Below, in pieces: positions 9,776 through 21,110 of a stretch of 64,000 nt of DNA. Position 1 is the stretch's first letter; each line of letters opens with the position of its first letter. The DNA comes from an uncultured Candidatus Rokubacteria bacterium (GTDB lineage: Bacteria > Methylomirabilota > Methylomirabilia > Rokubacteriales > CSP1-6). The notes beneath the pieces are model-generated. The model saw only the letters and a list, made by a program, of their open reading frames with translations, ran no database searches and was not told where the DNA came from. A program made the position numbers and the translations under genes. The DNA is taken from assembly GCA_963841755.1 (NCBI GenBank), contig CAWJDX010000005.1, positions 6,830-70,829 on the forward strand, given 5' to 3'.

Positions 9776-11329
9776 TTAGTTCCAGGACACCCCCTTGATG
9801 CGGATCAGCCCGTCGGGCACCGCCCGGTAGCCCTTCAGGTTCTTGGGGAACGCGACGATGTAGTTGAGGTGGTAGAGATAGATGACGTTGCGCCGCGCGG
9901 TGATCTTGTCGATGGCCTCGCGGTAGAGCTTCGCGCGCTGCCCCTGGTCGCTGACCTCGCGCGCCTTGTTCAGGAGCGCGTCGACGGCCTCGTCGCAGAC
10001 CAGGGTGGTGTTCAGGCTGCCGCCGCAGGTGTGGAACTGGTGGATGTTGCCGTCGGGATCGACGCGCCCGCTCCAGCCGATGGCGAAGGCCTGGAGCTTG
10101 CCGTTGTCGTCGTCGGTCAGCGCGGAGGCGAACTCGCTCGGCTTGAGGGTGATGTTGAAGCCGGCCTCGCGGGCCATCCCCTGGATCACCTCGCCGAAGC
10201 GGCGCTGCTGCGGGTCGTTCACGATGGTGAGCTCGAAGGCGTAGCCGTTGGGCAGCCCGGCCGCGGCGAGGAGCTGCTTGGCCTTGGCCACGTCGCGGCC
10301 GGGACACTTGCGGCTCTTGTCGTAGAACGGGCTCACCGGGGCGATCGGCGTGCAGGCGGGCGTGTACTGGCCGTCCCACGCCACCTGGTTGATGGCCTCG
10401 CGGTCGAGGCTCAGGTCGAGGGCCTCGCGCACCCGCGGGTCGTTGGCGAGCGGGGTGCCCAGGTCGCCGGGCGGCTGGGTCTTGCCGGTCTTGTTCCGCT
10501 GGTTGATGGTCATGCCGGTGTAGCCGAGACCGGTCACGCTCGCCACCTCGAAGCGCCCCTCCTTCTTGAGGTTCAGCGAGTCGGTGGGGGCCACCAGGTG
10601 CATGACGTCGATGTCGCCCGAGCGCAGGTTGGCGAGGCGCACGTTGTCGTCGGGGATGATGCGGAACACGATCCGGTCGAAGTGGGCCTGGCCGGGATCG
10701 AAGTAGTGGGTCGACTTCTCGAGCACGATGCGGTCCTGCGGCACGCGCTCCACGAAGGACCACGGTCCCACGCACACCGGGGCGGTGGCGAACTTGTCGC
10801 CGAGCTTGTTGGCCGCGGTGGGCGAGATCGGCATGCCGGAGCGATCGGCGAGGGTGGCCACCAGCGGGGAGAACGCGCTCTTCAGCCGGAGCCGGATCGT
10901 GAGCGGATCCACCACCTCCACCGCGGTGACCGGGTCCAGCTCGCTGCGCCGGTTCGAGCCCTTCATCTCGCGGTGCCGATCGAGGGAGAACTTCACCGCC
11001 TCCGCGTTCATCGGGGTCCCGTCGTTGAACTTCACCCCGCTGCGCAGCTTGATGGTCACCGTCTTGCCGCCGTCGGAGATCGCGGGCAGCGCGGCGGCGA
11101 GCTGGGGAGAGAGGCGCAGGTTCTCGTCGATCTCGAAGAGCTTCTCGCACATGTGGGCGAAGATGATCCGGCCCACGTAGGTGCGCGACAGGGTCGGGTC
11201 CAGCAGGTCGGGATCCTGGTTGAGCGCCACCACGAGGGTCTTCTTCTGGGCCTCGGCCGGCGCCACCGCCATCAGGGCCAGGGCCGTGAACCCGAGCACG
11301 ACCCACGATCCAAGGTGCGTCCTGCGCAT
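9776..11329 (-). CDS. ABC transporter substrate-binding protein, family 5 (peptide/nickel)
   Basis: 517-aa ORF with a signal peptide (LGFTALALMAVAPAEA). It heads the permease operon on the minus strand. Confidence 0.8.
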   Translation of the reverse strand: MRRTHLGSWVVLGFTALALMAVAPAEAQKKTLVVALNQDPDLLDPTLSRTYVGRIIFAHMCEKLFEIDENLRLSPQLAAALPAISDGGKTVTIKLRSGVKFNDGTPMNAEAVKFSLDRHREMKGSNRRSELDPVTAVEVVDPLTIRLRLKSAFSPLVATLADRSGMPISPTAANKLGDKFATAPVCVGPWSFVERVPQDRIVLEKSTHYFDPGQAHFDRIVFRIIPDDNVRLANLRSGDIDVMHLVAPTDSLNLKKEGRFEVASVTGLGYTGMTINQRNKTGKTQPPGDLGTPLANDPRVREALDLSLDREAINQVAWDGQYTPACTPIAPVSPFYDKSRKCPGRDVAKAKQLLAAAGLPNGYAFELTIVNDPQQRRFGEVIQGMAREAGFNITLKPSEFASALTDDDNGKLQAFAIGWSGRVDPDGNIHQFHTCGGSLNTTLVCDEAVDALLNKAREVSDQGQRAKLYREAIDKITARRNVIYLYHLNYIVAFPKNLKGYRAVPDGLIRIKGVSWN

Positions 11330-11476
11330 GGTCTTCTCCTTTCTGAAAACGGGTAACCAGCCGGCTGGGCTCGCGGTTCCCCTGCGGTTTCCAAAGTCGA
11401 CCGCCTGAGCGTGAGTACCCTCGCGGGCCTCGTATTGTCAAGGATTGTACTCGGGTCCGCGTAGTATGCTCCCGCC

Positions 11477-11647
11477 ATGAGCGAGAACAAGCTCCAGCAG
11501 GCGGAGCTGGCCGACCTCCTGGGGGTGATCGAGCGGCTGGCCGGCGAGCTGTCGCTGGCCGAGGAGCCCGCGCGCTTCGCGGCGGCGCTGGAGGACGGCG
11601 CGCCGGCCGCCGGCGGCGGCACGCCCGGCTCCGGGTCTCCCGGCTAG
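11477..11647 (+). CDS. small (56 aa) GatC/AtzG-like protein preceding an amidase; below the ORF-track length cutoff
   Basis: It runs from ATG 11477 to TAG 11645-11647. Nearly every codon ends in G/C, matching coding bias. The stop lies 12 nt upstream of the amidase start. The helical ...LADLLGVIERLAGELSLAEEP... segment resembles GatC-type small subunits. Confidence 0.45.
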   Translation: MSENKLQQAELADLLGVIERLAGELSLAEEPARFAAALEDGAPAAGGGTPGSGSPG

Positions 11648-11659
11648 ACCGGCGCGGCG

Positions 11660-13066
11660 GTGCCCGACTTCCCGAGCCTGGCCGCGGTCGCCGCGTCGAT
11701 CCGGCAGGGCAAGGTCTCCCCGGTCGAGGTCGCGCGCCACCACCTCGATCGGATCGCGCGGCTCGACGATCGCCTGCGCGCCTTCATCACGGTGGACGCC
11801 GATCGCGCGCTGGCCGCGGCCCGCCGCCTCGAGGACGACGCGGGGCGGGGCCGGTGGCGGGGCCCGCTCCACGGCGTGCCGCTCGCGTTCAAGGATCTCT
11901 GCTTCGTCCGCGGCCTGCCCACCTCCTGCGGCACCCGGACCGCGGAGTACTTCACCGCGGAGCAGGACTGCACCGCGGTGACCCGGCTCCTCGCCGCCGG
12001 CGCGGTGTGCCTCGGCAAGCTCAACATGACCGAGCTGGCCATGGGCGCGCTGGGCGACAACCCGCATCACGGGCACGCGCGCAATCCGTGGGCGGTCGAG
12101 CACTGCACCGGGGGCTCGTCGAGCGGCTCGGGAGTGGCGGTGGCGGCGGGGCTCGCGCCGGGCGCCATCGGCACCGACACCGGCGGCTCCATCCGCCTGC
12201 CCGCCGCCTCCTGCGGCATCACCGGGCTCAAGCCGACCTACGGCCGGGTGAGCCGCGCGGGCGCGATGCCGCTCTCGTGGTCGAACGACCACCTGGGGCC
12301 GATGGCCCGCACCGCGCTCGACTGCGCGCTCATGCTCCAGGCCATGGCGGGCGCGGATCCGCTCGACGCGACCACGAGCTCACTCCCGGTGGACGACTAC
12401 GTCGCGTCCCTCGAGATCCCGGTGCGCGGGCTCCGCGTCGGCGTGCCGCTCGATTTCTTCTTCCAGGGCCTCGACGCCGAGATGGAGGCGGGGGTGCGCG
12501 GCGCGGTCGCGACCCTGGCCACCCTGGGGGCGCGCGTCGCGGAGATCCGGCTGCCCGATCCCCGGGTGCTCAACGACATCACCGGGCTCATCTCCCGCAG
12601 CGAGTCGAGCGCGCTGCACGCCCGCCTGCTCCGGGAGCGGCCGCAGGAGCTCGACGCCTTCACGCGCGCCCGCCTCGAGCTGGGCCTGGGCGTGCCGGCC
12701 TACGACTACCTGCAGGCCCTCCGGCTGCGCGCGCGCCTGGCCCGCGCGTTCACCCGCGAGGTGTGGAGCGAGGTGGACGTGCTGGCGGTGCCGGTGATCC
12801 CGGAGCCGGCGCCGCCGCTCCGCGCGGCGCTCGAGGGCCCGCTGGAGGAGCGCATCGCGCGGCAGGGCCGGTTCTCGCGCCTCACGCGCCCGTTCAACGG
12901 GCTCGGCCTGCCCGCGCTGAGCCTGCCCTGCGGCTTCTCCGCCGCCGGCCTGCCGCTCGCGTTCCAGCTGGTGGGCCGCCCGTTCGACGAGGCCACCGTG
13001 CTGCGCGTCGGCCACGCCTATCAGCGCGCGACCGACTGGCACACGCGCGAGCCCGACCTCGGCTGA
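11660..13066 (+). CDS. amidase-signature enzyme (GatA/AtzE-like amidase)
   Basis: 468-aa ORF with the signature GGSSSGSGVAVAAG...GTDTGGSIRLPAA and catalytic-Lys context PLAFKD. Confidence 0.85.
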   Translation: MPDFPSLAAVAASIRQGKVSPVEVARHHLDRIARLDDRLRAFITVDADRALAAARRLEDDAGRGRWRGPLHGVPLAFKDLCFVRGLPTSCGTRTAEYFTAEQDCTAVTRLLAAGAVCLGKLNMTELAMGALGDNPHHGHARNPWAVEHCTGGSSSGSGVAVAAGLAPGAIGTDTGGSIRLPAASCGITGLKPTYGRVSRAGAMPLSWSNDHLGPMARTALDCALMLQAMAGADPLDATTSSLPVDDYVASLEIPVRGLRVGVPLDFFFQGLDAEMEAGVRGAVATLATLGARVAEIRLPDPRVLNDITGLISRSESSALHARLLRERPQELDAFTRARLELGLGVPAYDYLQALRLRARLARAFTREVWSEVDVLAVPVIPEPAPPLRAALEGPLEERIARQGRFSRLTRPFNGLGLPALSLPCGFSAAGLPLAFQLVGRPFDEATVLRVGHAYQRATDWHTREPDLG

Positions 13067-13068
13067 GC

Positions 13069-13710
13069 TCAGGTGCGGCTGGTCAGCAGCTTGATGCCCG
13101 CCACCGCGAACACCGCGCCGAGCGCCCCCTGGATCCACCGCCGCGCCTGGGAGTACGCGCGCACCATGACCCGGGTGGAAAACGCGACCGCGTAGAGCCA
13201 GTGGATGATGACCGACAGGATCGACGTGCCGACCACGATGGCGAACGCGACCCACAGCGGCGCGTGCTCCCGGAGCCCGAGCGAGATGATCGCGATCCAG
13301 GCGAGCGCCGCCTTGGGATTGGTCATCTGGATGGTGAACCCGCGCAGCGCGTAGCCGAAGGGGGTGCGCGTCGACCCGAAGAGCGTGGTGGCCTCGATGT
13401 CGTGGGGCGAGGCGGCGGAGCGGAACGACTTGTAGGACAGCCAGAGCAGGTAGAGCCCGCCCGCGACCTTGATGGCGGTGAGGGCCGCCGCGTACGACGC
13501 CAGCAGCGCGGTCAGGCCGACCGCCGCGAGCATGGCCCAGACGAAGGAGCCCGCCGCCACTCCGAGCGCGAGCGCGATGCCCGATCGCCGCCCCACGCTC
13601 ATCGACGTGCCGATGATCGCCAGCACGTTCGGGCCGGGGCTGGCGATCGCGAGGAAGAACGTCGCGTACGCCAGGAGGATGCCGGGAAGGTAGAGCGAGA
13701 TCTGGTCCAT
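13069..13710 (-). CDS. LysE/RhtB family amino-acid exporter
   Basis: 213-aa six-TM ORF with the N-terminal ASPGPN motif and NPKA motif. Confidence 0.8.
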   Translation of the reverse strand: MDQISLYLPGILLAYATFFLAIASPGPNVLAIIGTSMSVGRRSGIALALGVAAGSFVWAMLAAVGLTALLASYAAALTAIKVAGGLYLLWLSYKSFRSAASPHDIEATTLFGSTRTPFGYALRGFTIQMTNPKAALAWIAIISLGLREHAPLWVAFAIVVGTSILSVIIHWLYAVAFSTRVMVRAYSQARRWIQGALGAVFAVAGIKLLTSRT

Positions 13711-13717
13711 GTGGGCG

Positions 13718-14437
13718 TCACCTTTCTCCCAGTACGAGCTGCAGGCGGTACAGCCCGAGGGTCGCGCCGTCCGCGCCCCCGTGTCGGGCCAGGGTCTCCG
13801 GGCTGAGCAGGTCGCGGCACGTCGCCTCCGCGGCGGCCGCGTCGATGCCCTCGACGAGCACCACCCAGCGCACGAGCGCGTCGGGCGTCGCGAGGAGCTT
13901 CTTCTCGTCGCTCTTGGCCGCGGTGCTGACGCCCGCGTCGCCCTCGAGGAGGTGGCTCGCCACGATCCCGGGGTGCTCCGCCGCCCCGGGCAGCGCGGTG
14001 GTGGAGAGCCAGGAACGCAGCTCGTCCTCGTGGCCCGCGCGGGGGCCGAGCTGGAGCGTGGCGATCACCCCGCCCACCGCCGCGCCCCACGTGGCCACCA
14101 CGCGGCACGCGGTGCGGATGTTGTTGCGCACCAGCGGCATGGTCCGCCGCGTCCACGGGGTCGGATCGGCGAGGCGGGCCAGGTAGGCCGGGCTCTGCAG
14201 CGTGTCGAGCGACTCGGTCTCGTAGAAGTAGAAGTACCGGGGCGGGGCGCCCAGCGTGGCGTAGCGCCGCGCGCGGAGGAAGCCGGGCACCGCGAGGCGC
14301 TCCGGGATGTGCTCGCGCAGGTGCCACTGATCGAACTCGCCGTCCCCGCCGGGCGCCACGTCGTGCCAGAACGCGAGCACGCCCTCGCCGGCCATCGTCA
14401 TGCCGCCGACGGTAACGGCGGCGCGGGCCGACGTCAA
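13718..14437 (-). CDS. conserved hypothetical protein (possible dimeric alpha/beta-barrel-like tandem); alternative start 14401
   Basis: 239-aa ORF with coding-like composition, in an operon with the LysE gene. No motif was recognised. Confidence 0.5.
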   Translation of the reverse strand: MTSARAAVTVGGMTMAGEGVLAFWHDVAPGGDGEFDQWHLREHIPERLAVPGFLRARRYATLGAPPRYFYFYETESLDTLQSPAYLARLADPTPWTRRTMPLVRNNIRTACRVVATWGAAVGGVIATLQLGPRAGHEDELRSWLSTTALPGAAEHPGIVASHLLEGDAGVSTAAKSDEKKLLATPDALVRWVVLVEGIDAAAAEATCRDLLSPETLARHGGADGATLGLYRLQLVLGER

Positions 14438-14474
14438 GCGTGAGACGGCGGCCGGGTACGCTACACTGCGCCTG

Positions 14475-15950
14475 ATGGCCGAACCGACCGAGACGGCTCC
14501 CGCCGCGCCGCCCGCGCCCCGCCGTCTCGTGCGCGGCCTGCTGGGCGGGGTGCGGCTGGCCTATCTCCCGGTGCTGGTGACCTACTTCTGCTACGGGGCC
14601 AGCGGGGTCACCGCGATCGCGCTGCTCTATTTCCAGAAGGACGTGCTCGGCATCACCCCCGCCGAGGCGGCCGGCATCGCCTTCTGGGTGGCGCTGCCGT
14701 GGAGCACCAAGATGGTGGCGGGGGTCGCGTCCGACGTGCATCCGATCCTCGGGAGCCGCCGCTTCGCGTATCTGCTGCTGGGCGCGCTGCTCACGCTGGT
14801 GGGCTACGCGTGGCTCGCCACCACCGCTTCCACCAAGGGCAGCTACCTGGCCGCGCTCGTCATCAGCGCGGTGGGCTTCATGGTCCAGGACGTGGTGGCC
14901 GACGCGCTGAGCGTGGAGGTGGCCCGCTCCGAGGAGGAGATCAAGCAGATCCAGGCCCTGGGCCGCATGTCGCTGCTGGCCGGCACCATCAGCGTGGGAT
15001 ACCTGAGCGGCTGGCTCGCGGGCGCGGTCGGGGCGCGGACGGTGTTCGCGATCGCGCTGATCCTGCCGCTCCTGGTGGTGGTGGCGGCCTGGCTGATCCC
15101 GCGGGAGCCGGCGCGGCCCGCCGCCTCCGCCGATGCGCCCAATCCCCTCGGGGCGGGCAACTCGCGCCTCGTGGTGGCGGGCGGGCTCGCCTACGCCGCG
15201 CTCGGGATCCTGCTGGAGGCGCTGTCGGTGCCGTTCGGCCAGGAGATCATCCTGGTCGTCTCCGGCACCATCATCACGCTGCTCCTCCGGCGGGTCGGGA
15301 TCTCCCGCGCCGTCGCGGTCGCCGCCTTCGCGATCTTCTGCTTCCGGGCGGTTCCCGGGGCGGGGCAGGGGTTCAACTACTGGGCGATCGACCACCTCGG
15401 GTTCGATCAGGAGTTCCTCGGGCTCCTCGCCCAGGTGAGCTCGATGCTGAGCCTGGTCGGCCTGATCGTGTTCCGCAAGCCGATCACCCATCGACCGGTG
15501 AGCTACACCCTCTTCTGGGTCACGATCGCGGGTGCGGTCCTCTACCTGCCGACGATCGGCCTCTTCTACGAGGCCTACCGGTGGTTCGGGCTGAGCCCGC
15601 GCACCTTCGCGTTCATCGACACCACGATCTCGGCGCCGCTCGGCCAGCTCAGCATGGTGCCGATGCTCGCCCTCATCGCGCGCACCGCGCCGCGCGGCGC
15701 GGAGGCCACCATGTTCGCGATCATGGCCTCGCTCATGAACCTGGCCCTGTCGGCCAGCGAGCTCGGCACGCGCTACCTCAACGTGGCCTTCGGGGTCACC
15801 CAGCAGGACTACTCGGGGCTGGGACAGCTGCTCATCGCGGTGGGCCTGATCGGGCTCCTCCCGCTGCTGGCCCTGCCGCTCCTCCGGCGCGAGGAAGCGA
15901 CGACGCTCGCCGCCGCCCCGCCCGCCGCGGCGCCGGCCCGACCGGCTTGA
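14475..15950 (+). CDS. folate-biopterin transporter (BT1) family MFS protein
   Basis: ATG 14475 lies within ORF 14400..15950. It has about 12 TM segments and the BT1-like N-terminal pattern YFCYGASG...LYFQKDVLG...WSTKMVAG. Confidence 0.65.
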   Translation: MAEPTETAPAAPPAPRRLVRGLLGGVRLAYLPVLVTYFCYGASGVTAIALLYFQKDVLGITPAEAAGIAFWVALPWSTKMVAGVASDVHPILGSRRFAYLLLGALLTLVGYAWLATTASTKGSYLAALVISAVGFMVQDVVADALSVEVARSEEEIKQIQALGRMSLLAGTISVGYLSGWLAGAVGARTVFAIALILPLLVVVAAWLIPREPARPAASADAPNPLGAGNSRLVVAGGLAYAALGILLEALSVPFGQEIILVVSGTIITLLLRRVGISRAVAVAAFAIFCFRAVPGAGQGFNYWAIDHLGFDQEFLGLLAQVSSMLSLVGLIVFRKPITHRPVSYTLFWVTIAGAVLYLPTIGLFYEAYRWFGLSPRTFAFIDTTISAPLGQLSMVPMLALIARTAPRGAEATMFAIMASLMNLALSASELGTRYLNVAFGVTQQDYSGLGQLLIAVGLIGLLPLLALPLLRREEATTLAAAPPAAAPARPA

Positions 15951-15972
15951 CCCTCCAAGGCCGCGTGATAGT

Positions 15973-17282
15973 GTGTCCCCCGTCATGGCGCTGACCGCCC
16001 CCACCCGCACGCGCTGGGCCGCGCCCCTCCGGGTGTTCGAGCGCGACGAGCGCCTGTTCGCGGTGCTCCTCGCCATCGTGATGGTGGGCGGCCTGACCGC
16101 CCTCGGGCTGGTGCCGCTCCGTCCCCGCCACCGGGTCGACGTCTACGCGCTGGTCATCTGGTTCGGGCTCTACAAGGCCGGCATCCTCGCGCTGGTGACG
16201 GTGAACCCCGGCGCCACGCGCCGGATCTTCACCGCCGCGCTGTGCGTCGACCTCGCGCTGGTGTTCCTGCTCCTCTACCTCACCGGCGGCGGCGACAGCC
16301 CGTTCGTGAACCTGTTCTTCCCGCTGGTCGCGGTCAACGCCTACTACTTCGGGCGCTGGGTCGGGCTGCTGCTGACCCTCGTGGCCGGGATGCTCTACTG
16401 GACCGCGGCGTGGATGGCCCCGCCGGACGTGGCGTGGACCGCGGTCGCCATCGTCATGGGGCAGCTCGGGCTGCCCGCCTTCGCGCTCGGCCACGTCGCG
16501 GATCGCGAGCGGCGCGCCCGCGTCGAGGTGGAGCGATTGAACGCGGAGGTGACCGGGACGCTCACGCGCCTGCAGGCGGCCCAGGAGAACCTGGTGGAGG
16601 CGGAGCGGATGGCGACGGTGGGCCGGCTCTCGCTCAAGGTCGCCCACGAGGTGCGCAACCCCATCGCGGCCATCGAGCTGAACGCGGAGCTGCTGGGCGA
16701 CATGGTGCAGGGGCGGGTGAGCGAGGACGGGACGGAGGCCACCGCGCTGGTCGGGGCCATCCGCGACCAGGTCGCGGCCCTCGACGCGCTCACCGAGGAG
16801 TACCTCGCCTTCGCGCGCTTCCCGCGGCCGCAGTTCGAGGAGGACTCGGTCAACGACATGGTCAGCGCGGTGGCGGAGTTCGTGCGCCCGCTCGCGGCCC
16901 GCCAGGGCATCGCGGTGAAGGTGGCCACCGACGCCGCGGTGCCTCCGATGGAGTTCGATCGCACGCTGCTGCGACAGGCCGTCCTGAACCTATTGAAGAA
17001 CGGGATCGAGGCGGTACCGCAGGGCGGCACGCTCACCCTCACCACCGCCTGCCTGGACGAGACGGTGGAGATCGCGGTGTCCGACAGCGGGGCCGGGATC
17101 CCGCCCGGAGGTCGGTCGCCGCCTCTTCGAGCAGTTCTTCACCACCAAGCCGCAGGGGACCGGGCTCGGCCTCTCCATCTCGCGCCAGATCGTCGAGGAG
17201 CACGGCGGCAAGATCCGCTGGAGCAGCGCGCCCGGCGTGGGGGCCACCTTCACGATGGCCCTGCCGATCCGGAAGCTCGAGC

Positions 17283-17290
<8 letters not shown>
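15973..17290 (+). pseudogene. membrane sensor histidine kinase, frameshifted as sequenced (extra base near 17108)
   Basis: H-box VAHEVRNPIAAI and N-box LLKNGIEA. After SDSGAGIPP the correct continuation [34 protein letters not shown]... is in frame +1 and ends at TGA 17288-17290. Confidence 0.85.
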
Positions 17291-18731
<1,441 letters not shown>

Positions 18732-18736
18732 CCGCG

Positions 18737-19600
18737 GTGGCCTTCGAGACCATCCGCTTCGAGGTCGCCGACGGCGTCGGCACCGTCACGCTCGCGCGCC
18801 CCGACAAGCTCAACGCGCTCAGCTCCCGCATGCTCGACGAGCTGCTCGCGGTCCTGGACCAGGCCGACGCCGACGACGCGGTCCGCGTGCTGATCGTGAC
18901 CGGGGCCGGCCGCGCGTTCTGCGCGGGCGCCGATCTCTCGGGCGGGCCCCGGACCTTCGACCGGGTGGCGCGCGGACGCGGCGAGGCGCCCGGCGAGCAC
19001 GAGGACGGGGGCGGCCGCGTCACCCTGCGGATCTTCGACATGAAGAAGCCGCTGATCGCGGCCATCAACGGCCCCGCGGTGGGGTTCGGCATCACGATGA
19101 CGCTGCCGATGGACATCCGCATCGCGTCGACCGCCGCGCGCATCGGCTTCGTGTTCGCGCGGCGCGGGGTGGTCCCGGAGGCGTGCAGCACCTGGTTCCT
19201 GCCGCGCCTCGTGGGGCCGAGCCAGGCCGCGGAGTGGGTCTACACCGGGCGCGTGTTCCCGGCCGAGGAGGCGCTCGCGGGCCGGCTCGTGAGCCGGGTG
19301 GTCCCGCCCGAGCGGCTCCTCCCGGTGGCGCGCGAGCTGGCGCGGGAGATCGCGGAGAACACCTCGGCGATCTCGGTGGCCCTGTCGCGCCAGCTCATGT
19401 GGCGGCTGCTCGGCGCGGACCACCCGATGGAGGCGCATCGGCTGGACTCCCGGTGCATGGACTGGACGGGACGCTCCGCCGACGCCCGCGAGGGCGTGAG
19501 CGCGTTCCTCGAGAAGCGCCCCGCCCGCTTCACCCTGCGCCCCAGCACCGACATGCCGCCCTTCTATCCGTGGTGGCGCGAGCGCTCCTTTCCGCCCTGA
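18737..19600 (+). CDS. enoyl-CoA hydratase/isomerase (crotonase) family protein
   Basis: GTG 18737 lies within ORF 18365..19600. Motifs are VIVTGAGRAFCAGADL and INGPAVGFG. Confidence 0.8.
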   Translation: MAFETIRFEVADGVGTVTLARPDKLNALSSRMLDELLAVLDQADADDAVRVLIVTGAGRAFCAGADLSGGPRTFDRVARGRGEAPGEHEDGGGRVTLRIFDMKKPLIAAINGPAVGFGITMTLPMDIRIASTAARIGFVFARRGVVPEACSTWFLPRLVGPSQAAEWVYTGRVFPAEEALAGRLVSRVVPPERLLPVARELAREIAENTSAISVALSRQLMWRLLGADHPMEAHRLDSRCMDWTGRSADAREGVSAFLEKRPARFTLRPSTDMPPFYPWWRERSFPP

Positions 19601-19613
19601 GCCGCCCCGGGCG

Positions 19614-20782
19614 GTGAGCGGAGACCGGTTCGCGGGCACGGCCCTGCTGTGCCTCGTCGTCTTCTCCAGCACGGTCTGCATCGGCGCCTTCGGCCCGCTC
19701 CTGCCCGAGATCGCCCGCGCGCAGGGGCTGCCCGACTGGGAGCTGGGCGTCCTCGCCGGATCGTTCGGCCTCGCGCGCATGGCCGCCGACCTGCCCGCGG
19801 GCGCGCTCGCCACGCGCCGGCTCGCGACCGCGCTGACGCTCGCGCCGGTGACCCTGCTCGCCGGGATGCTGCTGCTCGCCACCGCGGGCCCGCTGTCCGG
19901 TGCTGGTGCTGGGCCGGATCCTCACCGGCCTCGCCCACACCCTGGTCATGGTCGGCAGCCTCACCGCGGTGCTCCAGGATCAAGCCCGGCCCGCGGGCCT
20001 CGATGCGGCTCAACACGCTCGAGTTCGCCGGGATGCTGGGCGTGCTCGGCGGCCTGGTCGTGGTCGGGCTGCTGCCCCAGCGCTGGGCCTGGAACGTCAC
20101 GCTGCTCGCGGCCGCCACGCCGGTGCTGGTGGCGCTCGCGGCCACGCTCGCGCTGGCCCGCTACTTCCCGGCCCGGCTCGGCGCGGAGGCGCCCGCGCCG
20201 GGCTCGGCGGGCGCCGCGTCCGCGATCGCCCCCGGGCGCCCGCCGCTGCCGCCGATCGTGCGCCTGATGTTCGCGCTCGGCGTGATCATGGCGCTCGCCT
20301 GGTCGGCGGTGAGCCAGTTCGTCATCCCGCTGCGCGGCACGCGCGAGTTCGGGCTCGATCGCGCCGGCATCTCCGGCCTGCTGTCGCTGGCGCAGCTGGT
20401 GGACCTGGCGGTGCTGCTGCCGGTGGGCTGGCTCGCCGATCGCGTGGGCCGGCCCCCGGTGCTGGTCGGGGTGGCGGCGGTTCTCGGGGTCGGCCTCTTC
20501 GCGGTGGGGCTGGGGTCGCTGCCGCTGCTCGGGCTGGGCTGCGCGCTCTTCGGCCTCGGGATGGCGGGCTGGATGCTGCCGCTCGGCGTGATCCGCGACC
20601 ACACCGACGGGGCGCGGCTCGGCTGGCGGACCGGCGTCTATCGGGTGGGGGTGGACGGCGCGATCTTCCTCGGCCCGGTGGTGTGCGGTCTGCTGGGTGA
20701 GGGGCGCGCGCCGATCTTCATCGGGCTGATCGGGGTGGCCGCCTTCGCGATCGCGGGACGGCTGTGGTGGATGCGGCGGTAG
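19614..20782 (+). pseudogene. MFS transporter, two frameshifts as sequenced (near 19894 and 19980-20000)
   Basis: TM-rich sequence runs through three successive frames: ORF 19614 gives ...LLLATAGPL, ORF 19900 gives VLVLGRILTGLAHTLVMVGSLTAVLQD, and ORF 19649 gives ...MRLNTLEFAGMLGVLGG... to stop 20782. Confidence 0.75.
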
Positions 20783-20786
20783 GCCA

Positions 20787-20836
20787 CCCATCCCTCACCC
20801 CGCCCTCTCCCCGGAGGGGAGAGGGGAGAGGATGGG
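20787..20836. repeat. REP-like palindromic element, copy B; probable bidirectional terminator between convergent genes
   Basis: The core is CCCTCTCCCC-gga-GGGGAGAGGG (20803-20825), flanked by an outer CCCATCC/GGATGGG pairing. It is the inverted-orientation homologue of the element at 884-919. Confidence 0.65.
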
Positions 20837-20837
20837 G

Positions 20838-21026
20838 TCAGCCCTTGAAGCTGATCTTCTTGTGGGCGCCGTCGCAGTAGGGCTTGTTCGCCGAGCTGCC
20901 GCAGCGGCAGAGGAAGATGGTGTCCCCGCCCTTGGGTGGCATGGCGTTGCCCTGGCCGTCCTGCATCTCGCACTCGCCCTTCACCATCAGGGGCCCGTCC
21001 GTGATCACCTTGACGCTCACCGCCAT
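20838..21026 (-). CDS. CDGSH-type iron-sulfur domain protein (62 aa)
   Basis: MAVSVKVITDGPLMVKG...FLCRCGSSANKPYCDGAHKK contains the C-x-C-x2-(S/T)-x3-P-x-C-D-G-(S/A)-H signature. A GGGAGAG RBS precedes ATG 21026. Confidence 0.85.
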   Translation of the reverse strand: MAVSVKVITDGPLMVKGECEMQDGQGNAMPPKGGDTIFLCRCGSSANKPYCDGAHKKISFKG

Positions 21027-21110
21027 CGTGGCTCTCCCTTTCGCATCACCGCTGGCTCGCATCGCCGTGGTGGTAGTGGCTGCCGCTCGACGAGTATACT
21101 CCAGATCGAC

